A stretch of 46,692 bases of DNA from the sequence record DRR378314_695, one strand, 5' to 3'. Within the stretch, counting starts at the first letter, position 1. Each line of letters opens with the position of its first letter. The position numbers and the translations under genes are program-made. The notes under the pieces were generated by a model that was given only the letters and a program-made list of their open reading frames with translations, did no database searches and was not told where the DNA came from. Of this stretch, positions 1-8,588 are shown piece by piece.

Positions 1-6
1 CAAATG

Positions 7-30
7 GGACATTTCTACTTGGTTGCAACA
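7..30. mobile_element. Putative terminal inverted repeat of an IS1202-group (ISNCY) insertion sequence whose body lies left of the window
   Basis: GGACATTTCTACTTGGTTGCAACA (reverse complement TGTTGCAACCAAGTAGAAATGTCC) resembles the TGT...AGAAATGTCC ends recalled for this IS group; no transposase is visible. Confidence 0.45.
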
Positions 31-78
31 ATAGCGGAGTAGTAAGGCACAAAAAAGAGCGGCTCGCAACGAAGCTAC

Positions 79-759
79 CTATTCATCAAAGTAGGCGTTG
101 TGCGTCGTGTAAATTGCCTGGATCGTTGGTGTCAAACGCTCAAGATGCGTGCGAAGGACTTGATCGGCCGCCTTTGCATCACCATTAAAAAGGCCCTCTA
201 AAAGAGTTTGGTGATCCACATACAAATCATCCATTGCTTTTTTGCTGGTCAACGCGAGCATACAAAGGCGATCAACCTGCGCTTTGTTCTCGGCGATAAT
301 TTCAAACGCAAATTCTTGTTTGGCCGAGGCACAAAGTAATTTGTGAAACTGGTAATCCAGATCATGAAACAGGCTGACATCTTCCGCTGAAATTGCTTCC
401 GCCTGTTTGCGAAGGTTCGCTTTCAATGCTGCGTCCACCGACTTGTCGCGATCTAACGCGGCAGCACGAACGACTTCCAATTCAACCGCAGCACGGACGA
501 AGCGGGCGTTCGCGATGAGCTGCCGTGAGAATGGTCGAACAACTGTTGCGCGCTGCGGTCGCACCAATAGGAGATTGAGGTTGGCTAGTCGTGTAAAAGC
601 CTCTCGCACAGGTTGACGTGAGAACCCGAATGACTTTGCGACGTCCGTTTCGGATATCTTTGTCCCTGGGAGCAGTTCCAACCGGGTGATTTGTCCAAAC
701 AGTTCGTCAAAGACGACATCGCTACTCGTCGTGCGCTCAAGGGTTCCCAATGCTACCAT
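79..759 (-). CDS. GntR/FadR (FCD) family transcriptional regulator of the uronate module
   Basis: wHTH ELLPGTKISE...GFSRQPVREA; FCD motif DYQFH; ATG at 759 preceded by AGAGG; divergent from the TRAP operon. Confidence 0.9.
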   Translation of the reverse strand: MVALGTLERTTSSDVVFDELFGQITRLELLPGTKISETDVAKSFGFSRQPVREAFTRLANLNLLLVRPQRATVVRPFSRQLIANARFVRAAVELEVVRAAALDRDKSVDAALKANLRKQAEAISAEDVSLFHDLDYQFHKLLCASAKQEFAFEIIAENKAQVDRLCMLALTSKKAMDDLYVDHQTLLEGLFNGDAKAADQVLRTHLERLTPTIQAIYTTHNAYFDE

Positions 760-824
760 TTTTGTATTCCAACCTCTGTTTGACAGCATTGTGGCAGATC
801 AACGAGGTAAATAATAGTTCAAAA

Positions 825-1013
825 TTGGATACTAGAAGACAATATTTTCATTATTTTTAAGAGAAAAACGCAAAGTATGTATGGATATTATGAAATAATA
901 TGTTGACTAGTATCCCAGATATCGTGTTGTGTGTGCCCATAACGAGGTCGGAGCAATCGTGCTAGTCGGGAGGGCATCAGATCATCCAGATTTGGATGAA
1001 GACTGGTTTGGTA
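825..1013. promoter_or_regulatory. Divergent promoter region with repeated candidate GntR operators (GGATACTAG core)
   Basis: TTGGATACTAG at 825-835, inverted GACTAGTATCCCA at 905-917, weaker GCTAGTCGGGAG at 961-972 and GACTGGTTTGGTA at 1001-1013. Confidence 0.5.
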
Positions 1014-1098
1014 TCGCCGTTTGCAAGGCTTCGAAGACGATCGCCGGTCAGAGATGACTGGGAGAAAACAAGACCTGAACTTGATCTGGGAGGATAGA

Positions 1099-2082
1099 AT
1101 GTTCAATTTTTCACTGAAGACTATGGCTGCGACGGCTGTTTTGCTAAGCGGGGTTTCAATCGCACAAGCGGATGTCACACTGCGCGGCGCGAGCATGTTT
1201 GATGAGGAGCATGCCTTCACTAAGACTCTGCGAGAGTTTGAGCGCCTGGTCGCTGAAAACTACGATGGAGAGGTGGAGTTTGATCTACGCTTGAATGGTG
1301 AGCTTGGGGTCGAATCTGATTACGTTACCTACCTTAATCAGGGTGTCGCGGTTGACTATACGATCCTGGCCCCGTCCAACATGGCCGTGTTTTCTGAGTC
1401 CATTCCTTTGATGGATATGCCTTTCCTGTTCCGTGATCTTGAACACTGGGACGCGGTACTTTCATCGGACGCACTGAAACCTCTTGAGGATGATCTGCGC
1501 GAAGCCGCGGGCATTGTGATTGTGGGTTATCACGGCGGCGGCGTAAGGAACCTAGCCTCTGCCGAGCCCATCACAAACATGGACGAACTTGCAGGGCACC
1601 GAATGCGCGTCATGGGGGCGCCGATTCAGGCGCAGACATTCTCGGCCGTTGGTGCGGCACCTTCTGCCATCGCCTACAACGAAGTCTATAACGCAATTCA
1701 AACAGGCGTTATCGCCGGGTTCGAGAATGAAGCAGCCTCGATCCAGAACCTGAAGTTCTACGAAGTCGCGCCGCATGTTTCATTGACCCAGCACACGATC
1801 ACTGTGCGCCCAATTGTGATGTCAGCTAAAATCTTCGATGAACTGCCTGCGGACCTGCAAGCCGCCATCATGGAAGCTGGTGCTGAAGCCGGTGCATATG
1901 GTCGCGCGCTAGAGAGCGGTCAGGACGGTGAAAAACTTCAGGCGATGATCGACGCAGGTCAGATCGAAGTGCATGAGTTCGAGGGCCGCGAGAAAATGCT
2001 GGAATTGGTTCAGCCGGTCCAGGACGCCTATGCTGAAGAGCTGGGCGCGACAGAACTGCTCAATAACGTTCGCGGAATGTAA
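1099..2082 (+). CDS. dctP: TRAP transporter substrate-binding protein
   Basis: GGGAGG RBS before ATG 1099; signal peptide ending AQA; GHRMRVMGAP, EVYNAIQTGVIAGFEN, KFYEV motifs. Confidence 0.93.
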   Translation: MFNFSLKTMAATAVLLSGVSIAQADVTLRGASMFDEEHAFTKTLREFERLVAENYDGEVEFDLRLNGELGVESDYVTYLNQGVAVDYTILAPSNMAVFSESIPLMDMPFLFRDLEHWDAVLSSDALKPLEDDLREAAGIVIVGYHGGGVRNLASAEPITNMDELAGHRMRVMGAPIQAQTFSAVGAAPSAIAYNEVYNAIQTGVIAGFENEAASIQNLKFYEVAPHVSLTQHTITVRPIVMSAKIFDELPADLQAAIMEAGAEAGAYGRALESGQDGEKLQAMIDAGQIEVHEFEGREKMLELVQPVQDAYAEELGATELLNNVRGM

Positions 2083-2089
2083 TCTCCCG

Positions 2090-2127
2090 GCTGACGGGCG
2101 GGTGAGTCTTCAAGCTCGCCTGTCGGC
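2090..2127 (+). other. Intercistronic stem-loop between dctP and dctQ
   Basis: GCTGACGGGCGGGT...GCTCGCCTGTCGGC pairs with G-U wobble; no U-tract. Confidence 0.45.
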
Positions 2128-2175
2128 ACAATTTCCGATGCGCTTGGCGCGTCACATTGCGGAGTAGGGCGGAAC

Positions 2176-2670
2176 ATGCTTGGAAAATATCTGGATAAGT
2201 TCTGCGCTGGGCTTCGTATATTGCTTGGTGTGATGATGGGCACACTAGCCATCCCTGTCGCGATGCAAGTTGTCTCTCGCTACACCGGTTTGATTCCAAC
2301 ATACCTTTGGACCGAAGAACTGGCGACGTTCCTGTTCGTTTGGATTGTGATGATCGGGTCGATTGTTGCTGTCTGGGACGGCACGCATTTCGACGTTCGG
2401 ATTACCCGCAATGCAATGAGACCGCTGCCACGTTTGTTCCAAGACGGCATCGTTCACGTTGCCATCATGATTTTTGGGGCGTTCTTCCTGTTTTACGGCA
2501 TCGAATACACCGAATTTGGGGGCAAACAGCGGTCGGTAATGATGCGTGCAAATCTTGCGATTACGCACATCTCGGTCCCGATTGCCGGAGGGATTTGGTT
2601 TCTCCTGTCAGGCTACCGGTTGTCCGAAGCCATCGCGAAATATCTAAACCGAGAGAGCAGCCAGACATGA
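2176..2670 (+). CDS. dctQ: TRAP transporter small permease
   Basis: About 4 hydrophobic segments; QVVSRY, WTEELA, HFDV motifs; lies between dctP and dctM. Confidence 0.9.
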   Translation: MLGKYLDKFCAGLRILLGVMMGTLAIPVAMQVVSRYTGLIPTYLWTEELATFLFVWIVMIGSIVAVWDGTHFDVRITRNAMRPLPRLFQDGIVHVAIMIFGAFFLFYGIEYTEFGGKQRSVMMRANLAITHISVPIAGGIWFLLSGYRLSEAIAKYLNRESSQT

Positions 2671-3977
2671 TCCTCGATACTGCAACTGCCGCCACGATGC
2701 TTATTACTGGCTTTCTGGTGCTGATTTTTATCCGCATCCCTGTGGCATTCGCATTGGGTTTGGCGACCCTCCCGGTTGTGTTGCTTGAGCTGCGGTTGAC
2801 GCCGTTCATCGTGCTGGATCGGATGTTCCAATCCTATAACTCCTTCATCTTATTGGCCGTTCCATTCTTTCTACTGGCGGCCAACCTGATGAATTCCGGC
2901 AAAGTAACCGACCGGCTGATCGAACTGGCCCGTGTGCTAACCGGCTGGATGCCCGGCGGATTGGGTCATGTAAATGTCGCTGTGTCGATGCTGTTTGCAG
3001 GCATCTCCGGATCTTCCACAGCAGATGCGGCGGGTATTGGAAAAATTCTGATCCCAGCCATGCAGAAAGAGGGGTACGACACGCGGTTTGCCGTTGCTAT
3101 CACGGCCTGCTCTTCGGTGATGGGGGTCATCATCCCGCCGTCGATTTTGATGATCGTTTGGGGCGGTGTCATGCAGGTCTCTGTCGGCGCATTGTTTTTG
3201 GGCGGCGCGATTCCGGGCCTGATGATTGGCCTCGCCTTGATGGCTACGGTCTATGGCTTTGCAAAAGCCCGCAATTACCCGGTGACAGCGACGCCGAATT
3301 GGGGTGAGTTCTGGGCTGCTTGGAAAGGTGCCGCGCTTGCTCTTTTGACGCCGGTCTTTGTGATTGGCGGTATCGTGGGCGGCCTCGTCACACCAACTGA
3401 AAGTGCAATCATCGCGGCGGGTTACGCGCTGATCCTGGGCATGTTTGTCTATCGGACGGTCACACCCAAGGACTTGGGCTTCATCCTCTATGACACGGCA
3501 CGCTTTGCAGCCATCTCGCTGTTTGCAATCGGCACTGCGTCAGCATTCGGGTGGTTACTGTCATTCTACGATGCGCCGCGCCTGATCGTCAGTGTTTTGA
3601 CCGCTTGGGAGTTCGGCGCTTTTGGGACTGCACTGTTGATTGCGCTGCTGTTTCTCCTTTTTGGCCTGTTCATCGACGCGATTCCGACAATTATCATCCT
3701 TGGCACGGTTCTGATGCCTGTGGCCCAGGCGGGCGGGGTTGATCCAATCGCATTCGCAATCATTGGTATCGTCTCGCTTGCCTTCGGGCTGGTGACGCCG
3801 CCCTACGGCTTGTGCTTGCTAATCTCTGCTGCGATTGGCGGCCTAAACGTTGTGCAAGTCCTGCGAGAGGTTGTGCTTATCCTGGCCCCAATGCTGGTCA
3901 TTCTCATTCTGCTGGCAGCATTTCCCGAAATCATTCTGTGGCTCCCAAAGACAGTTATGCCGGGGGCATTCCGTTAG
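2667..3977 (+). CDS. dctM: TRAP transporter large permease
   Basis: ATGA overlap with dctQ; LLAVPFF, GISGSSTADAA, IIPPS, TPTES, VTPPYG motifs. Confidence 0.93.
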   Translation: MILDTATAATMLITGFLVLIFIRIPVAFALGLATLPVVLLELRLTPFIVLDRMFQSYNSFILLAVPFFLLAANLMNSGKVTDRLIELARVLTGWMPGGLGHVNVAVSMLFAGISGSSTADAAGIGKILIPAMQKEGYDTRFAVAITACSSVMGVIIPPSILMIVWGGVMQVSVGALFLGGAIPGLMIGLALMATVYGFAKARNYPVTATPNWGEFWAAWKGAALALLTPVFVIGGIVGGLVTPTESAIIAAGYALILGMFVYRTVTPKDLGFILYDTARFAAISLFAIGTASAFGWLLSFYDAPRLIVSVLTAWEFGAFGTALLIALLFLLFGLFIDAIPTIIILGTVLMPVAQAGGVDPIAFAIIGIVSLAFGLVTPPYGLCLLISAAIGGLNVVQVLREVVLILAPMLVILILLAAFPEIILWLPKTVMPGAFR

Positions 3978-4073
3978 TGGCGTCTCCAGTTGCGCTCTGA
4001 GCGCAATTCGAAGGCGGCCAAACTAGACCCATGACAAAAGCGAAGCTCGCGCTTTGCAATAGGAAGGATCGAC

Positions 4074-4817
4074 ATGAAACTTGCAGGTAAGACCGCCATC
4101 GTGACCGGAGGAGGCCGCGATATTGGCCGCGCTGTTGCGATCAAACTCGCCTCTGAAGGCGCGAATGTTGCGATTAACTATTTTTCCAGCTCGAATGGCG
4201 CTGAGGAAACCGTCGCTGCAATCGAAGCCAATGGCGGGAAAGCGATTGCCTTGCAGGGCGATCTGAACAAGAAGGCGGATGTTGACGCGTTGGTATTCCG
4301 CACTGTCGAAGCTTTTGGCGGCGTTGACATTCTGGTCAACAACGCTGGCGGTCTGATCGCCCGTAAAACCATTGCGGAAATGTCAGTTGAGCATTGGGAC
4401 GCCGTGATGACCCTGAACCTAACCAGTACATTCCTGATGACGCAGGCCTGCCTGTCCAGGATGACGTCAGGGACTATTGTGAATCTCGCCAGTCAAGCCG
4501 GGCGTGATGGCGGTGGGCCGGGCGCCGTCGCCTATGCCACTGCCAAAGGCGCGGTGATGACCATGACACGCGGTCTGGCAAAGGAGGTTGGTCCTGACAT
4601 TCGCGTAAATGCGCTTTGTCCCGGTATGATCGATACCGATTTTCACAACGTTCACACGCCTGATGCAGGTCGCCGTGGCTTTGAAGCCAACGCGCCGCTT
4701 AAGCGTCAAGGTCATGTGGATGATGCAGCGAATCTCGTTTTATTCCTGGCTTGTGAGGACAGTGCTTTCATCACGGGCGCGAATATTGATCTCAACGGTG
4801 GTATGCTGTTTTCCTAG
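4074..4817 (+). CDS. SDR oxidoreductase, DEH (4-deoxy-L-erythro-5-hexoseulose uronate) reductase-like
   Basis: TGGGRDIG, NNAGGLIARK, GGGPGAVAYATAK, PGMIDTDFH; the NNAGGL and GGGPGA signatures match alginate DEH reductases; next to kdgF and kdgK. Confidence 0.8.
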   Translation: MKLAGKTAIVTGGGRDIGRAVAIKLASEGANVAINYFSSSNGAEETVAAIEANGGKAIALQGDLNKKADVDALVFRTVEAFGGVDILVNNAGGLIARKTIAEMSVEHWDAVMTLNLTSTFLMTQACLSRMTSGTIVNLASQAGRDGGGPGAVAYATAKGAVMTMTRGLAKEVGPDIRVNALCPGMIDTDFHNVHTPDAGRRGFEANAPLKRQGHVDDAANLVLFLACEDSAFITGANIDLNGGMLFS

Positions 4818-4835
4818 TAAAAAAGGAGAGACCCG

Positions 4836-5147
4836 GTGTCCCAATTCCCAATCGTCTCGACCGGTGAACATGTCACGCGGCAGGTACTAAGTGATCATTC
4901 GGACCTCATGGTTGTCGCCTTCCGGTTTCAGGCGACCGGGGCGAGTGGTGCCCTGCACAGCCATCCGCATGTTCAGGCGACTTATGTCGAGAGCGGACGA
5001 TTTCGATACACGCTTGGTGAACGCGAACAAGAGTTTGGTCCCGGCGACAGCTTTGTCATCCCATCAGGCCAAACCCATGGCTGCATATGCCTGGAGCCCG
5101 GTACATTGGTCGACAGTTTCGCACCCCGTCGCGACGATTTTCTGTGA
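4836..5147 (+). CDS. kdgF: KdgF cupin (unsaturated uronate to DEH/DKI conversion)
   Basis: HSHPHVQATYVESG, HGCICLEPG and C-terminal DSFAPRRDDFL typical of KdgF; GGAGAG RBS, GTG start. Confidence 0.85.
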   Translation: MSQFPIVSTGEHVTRQVLSDHSDLMVVAFRFQATGASGALHSHPHVQATYVESGRFRYTLGEREQEFGPGDSFVIPSGQTHGCICLEPGTLVDSFAPRRDDFL

Positions 5148-5152
5148 CTGAC

Positions 5153-6076
5153 ATGCGTTTCTTGGCAATCGGGGAGTGCATGGCAGAACTTGCCCCAGTA
5201 GATGGGGTTAGGGAGTTCAAGCTTGGTTTTGCGGGCGATACCTTCAACACAGCATGGTATCTTGCACAGGTCGCATCAGACATAGACGTCAGCTATCTGA
5301 CCGCTGTCGGAGACGATGCGATTTCGCAGGACATGCGAACGTTCATGAAAGACAGTCGGATTTGCGATACGCACGTCCAAGTCATCGCAGGTAAAACGGT
5401 TGGGCTATACCTTATCCATCTCAACAATGGTGAACGTAGTTTTTCATATTGGCGCGACGACTCCGCAGCCAGACAACTGGCGGTCGATGAGATTGCACTT
5501 GGGCGGGCAGTTGGAGACGCAGACTTGATCTACTTTTCTGGAATAACTCTCGCCATTCTCGATCCACAATCACGCGAAAAGTTGCTTAATGCATTGCGTC
5601 ATGCGCGTGCGTACGGAATAACTGTAGCCTTCGACACAAACCTGAGACCGCAGCTTTGGTCTTCGCCAAAGGAAATGACAGACACAATCATGGAGGCGGC
5701 GGCACAATCCGATATCGTCCTGCCATCTTACGACGACGAGGCCGAGTGGTTCGGGGATCGCGATTCAATCGCAACGCTGAACCGATATGCTGAGATTGGT
5801 GCGGATCAGATTGTCGTAAAAAACAGCGCTCAGCCAGTGTTGTTTCAGAATGATGGCCAACGCGGGGCGGTGGACGTTGATACAGTGACGAGTGTCGTCG
5901 ATACCACCGCGGCAGGGGACAGTTTCAATGCTGGTGTGTTGGCAAGCGTTATTAGGAACGATGATTTAATTTCCGGAATACGGCAAGGATGTCGCCTTGC
6001 AGGCCGCGTCGTCCGTCACAAAGGCGCGCTCATTCCTATCGAAATAAATCTCCGGAGAGGTGAGGTGGGATGGTGA
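5153..6076 (+). CDS. kdgK: 2-dehydro-3-deoxygluconokinase (PfkB family)
   Basis: IGECMAEL, GDTFNTAWYL, GERSFSYWRDDSAA, FDTNLRPQLW, DTTAAGDSFNAG; alternative GTG start at 5144. Confidence 0.9.
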   Translation: MRFLAIGECMAELAPVDGVREFKLGFAGDTFNTAWYLAQVASDIDVSYLTAVGDDAISQDMRTFMKDSRICDTHVQVIAGKTVGLYLIHLNNGERSFSYWRDDSAARQLAVDEIALGRAVGDADLIYFSGITLAILDPQSREKLLNALRHARAYGITVAFDTNLRPQLWSSPKEMTDTIMEAAAQSDIVLPSYDDEAEWFGDRDSIATLNRYAEIGADQIVVKNSAQPVLFQNDGQRGAVDVDTVTSVVDTTAAGDSFNAGVLASVIRNDDLISGIRQGCRLAGRVVRHKGALIPIEINLRRGEVGW

Positions 6077-6104
6077 TCCCCTATGATCGTGGAGTAACAA
6101 GACC

Positions 6105-7301
6105 ATGAAACAGACCTGGCGGTGGTTTGGCCCTTCCGACGCGATTTCGATTGGTGAAATCAGGCAAACCGGCGCAGCCGGCATCGTCTCAGCCTTGCAC
6201 CATATTCCAACAGGAGAGGCTTGGTCGGTCGAGCACATCAAAGAGCGGCAGCAACAGATAGAACAACCCGGAGGCGTCCCGTCTGGGTTGACTTGGGATG
6301 TTGTTGAAAGCGTGCCGGTATCTGAAGCTATCAAATCGCAAACCGGACCAATGAGACATCACCTTGAAGCGTACAAAGAAACACTACGCAATCTGGCCGG
6401 GTGCGGTATTCAAACGGTCTGCTACAATTTCATGCCCGTATTGGATTGGACGCGGACAGACCTTAGCCATCCGCTGCCGAATGGCGGGCACGCGATGCGG
6501 TTTGATCTTTTGGATTTTGTCGTATTTGATTGTTTCATCCTATGCAGGAAGGGCGCAGAGCAAGACTATTCAGTCGAGATCGTAGAAACCGCACAGGCCC
6601 GGTTTGCAGACCTCGGCGATGGAGATCGCCTGAAACTGTCTAACAATATCGTCGCTGGTTTGCCGGGGGCGAACGACAATTGGTCTCTAGAGGACGTGAA
6701 TCGAAACCTCGACGCATATGTTGACGTGACGCCTAAAATGCTCCGATCCAATCTGGTTGATTTCCTGTCTGAGGTCATCCCAACAGCTGAAGATCTTGGC
6801 ATCCGGTTATGTTGCCATCCTGATGATCCGCCTTTTCCCTTGCTTGGGCTACCAAGGGTCATGTCGTCGCAAAGTGATTACGCCACTGCGCTGAATGCTG
6901 TCGACAGCCCAGCAAATGGGGCAACGCTATGCACCGGTTCATTGGGTGTTGATAAAGAGTTCGACCCCGTGTCTTTCATCGCTCAGCTTGGTCATCAAAT
7001 CCATTTCGTACATCTTCGCAATACAGTGCGCGACGGTCCAAGTGACAACAATCGCCACAGTTTTTCCGAGTCTGAACATCTGGCAGGAGACACCGATATG
7101 GTTGCAACGATCCGCGCCTTGTTGGCCGAGGAACAACGGCGCCGAATTCAGGGACGATCAGATTACGAGATTCCCATGCGACCGGACCACGGCCATGCCT
7201 TGCTGAGCGACCTCACACGTCCGTCACAGCCTGGTTACCCGTTAATAGGCAGGATGCGCGGTCTCGCTGAGCTGCGTGGTGTCATGCGTGGCTGCAATTA
7301 G
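6105..7301 (+). CDS. uxuA: Mannonate dehydratase
   Basis: MKQTWRWFG, CYNFMPVLDWTRTDL, HPDDPP, HFVHLRN, MRPDHGH, PGYPLIGR. Confidence 0.96.
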   Translation: MKQTWRWFGPSDAISIGEIRQTGAAGIVSALHHIPTGEAWSVEHIKERQQQIEQPGGVPSGLTWDVVESVPVSEAIKSQTGPMRHHLEAYKETLRNLAGCGIQTVCYNFMPVLDWTRTDLSHPLPNGGHAMRFDLLDFVVFDCFILCRKGAEQDYSVEIVETAQARFADLGDGDRLKLSNNIVAGLPGANDNWSLEDVNRNLDAYVDVTPKMLRSNLVDFLSEVIPTAEDLGIRLCCHPDDPPFPLLGLPRVMSSQSDYATALNAVDSPANGATLCTGSLGVDKEFDPVSFIAQLGHQIHFVHLRNTVRDGPSDNNRHSFSESEHLAGDTDMVATIRALLAEEQRRRIQGRSDYEIPMRPDHGHALLSDLTRPSQPGYPLIGRMRGLAELRGVMRGCN

Positions 7302-7572
7302 ATGCATATCTGTGTTCAACGCCGTTATTCGCTGTTTATTTGCGGGCGTCTTCCCTCGCGGACAGAAAAGACCGTTTCCCTGACTTGATGGAAGCCTTTG
7401 AGTCGCAAATGACAAGACCTGTGCGCTCATGAAAAACCCAATGGATCAAAATCAAATTCTGAGCTGTCGTCGAACGGCAAAACTACTCGTCGCCCGACAG
7501 CCCCTCTGATCACGAAACTCATAAAGCTCGGGCTTCTCGGGAATTGTTCTCGGAGAACAGTAGGCGTTTGAA

Positions 7573-7599
7573 GCGAAACCAACGCAAGGTTGGTTTCGC
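7573..7599 (-). terminator. Hairpin downstream of the hydrolase gene, putative terminator
   Basis: Perfect 11-bp stem GCGAAACCAAC/GTTGGTTTCGC 12 nt after the stop at 7612; weak U-tract. Confidence 0.5.
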
Positions 7600-7611
7600 A
7601 GCTCGCCGAAA

Positions 7612-8499
7612 CTATTTCAGATAGGTGTTGAACCAATCAATTGTGCGGTCCCAGGCTAAGTTTGCCATCTCCTCGTCATAGCGTGGCGTGCTGTCATTGT
7701 GGAAACCGTGGTTGGCATTTTCGTAGATGTAGGCCTCGTATACCTTGTCGTTGGCCTGCAGGGCGGCCTCAAAATCTGGCCAGCCCGCGTTGATGCGTTC
7801 GTCAAGCTCACCCATCTGAACAAGCAAGGGCGCTTGGATTTTGGCCACATCCTCGGCCGCTGGCTGACGTCCGTAGAACGGCACTCCAGCGGCCAGTTCG
7901 GGATAGGCCACGGCAATTGCGCTAACTACACCGCCGCCATAGCAGAAACCCACAGCGCCGACCTTGCCGGTGCAGTCTTCTCGGTTCAACAGGTATTCAA
8001 ATCCATTGAAGAAATCATTCATCAACTCGACTCGGTCCACAGTCTTTTGCAGGTCGCGCCCATCGGCGTCGTTGCCCGGGTATCCGCCCACCGACGTCAG
8101 GCCGTCGGGGGCCAGTGCCATAAACCCGGCTTTCGCCAATCGGCGCGCCACATCTTCGATGTAGGGATTCAAGCCGCGGTTTTCGTGGATGACCAGCACC
8201 GCGGGCAGCGGCTCTTCCACACCGGCCGGCCGGACAAGGTAGCCACGGACATCACCGGTTCCGTTCGGCGAAGGATAGGTGATGTAATCCGCGTGGATAT
8301 CAGAATCGTTGAATGAAACCTGCTGCGCCATCGCGTAGTTCGGGCTGAGCATGTTCAGCAATGCGGCTGCGGATAAACCACCAACCGCGAACTTACCGGC
8401 GCGGTCCAGAAACTGGCGCTTGGTGATCTTGCCGTGCGCGTAAAAGTCGTACAGGTCCAGAAGTTCCTGGTCGAAATCTTTTGCCGTCATGCGAGTCAT
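7612..8499 (-). CDS. Dienelactone hydrolase family protein (YghX-like)
   Basis: IHENRGLNPYIEDVARR, nucleophile motif GFCYGG, HGFHNDSTPRY; Tat-like KRQFL leader; AGGAG RBS. Confidence 0.9.
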   Translation of the reverse strand: MTRMTAKDFDQELLDLYDFYAHGKITKRQFLDRAGKFAVGGLSAAALLNMLSPNYAMAQQVSFNDSDIHADYITYPSPNGTGDVRGYLVRPAGVEEPLPAVLVIHENRGLNPYIEDVARRLAKAGFMALAPDGLTSVGGYPGNDADGRDLQKTVDRVELMNDFFNGFEYLLNREDCTGKVGAVGFCYGGGVVSAIAVAYPELAAGVPFYGRQPAAEDVAKIQAPLLVQMGELDERINAGWPDFEAALQANDKVYEAYIYENANHGFHNDSTPRYDEEMANLAWDRTIDWFNTYLK

Positions 8500-8588
8500 T
8501 GTAAGTCTCCTTATGAGTTGGCAGTTCGAAGGGTGGGGTATTGTCAGACCAAAAAATATTGGCCTGTTAGAGTTTCTGAGCAGGTCTG

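Noticed and set aside
888-1220. 110-aa minus-strand ORF
   Set aside because: Overlaps the dctP start and promoter; no coding hallmarks
2307-2666. Long N-terminal extensions in the ORF track (2307; also 1021, 5087, 12430, 12730, 24241, 28686, 30890, 36465)
   Set aside because: They overlap neighbouring genes or promoters; internal starts with RBS or stop-start overlaps fit family N-termini better
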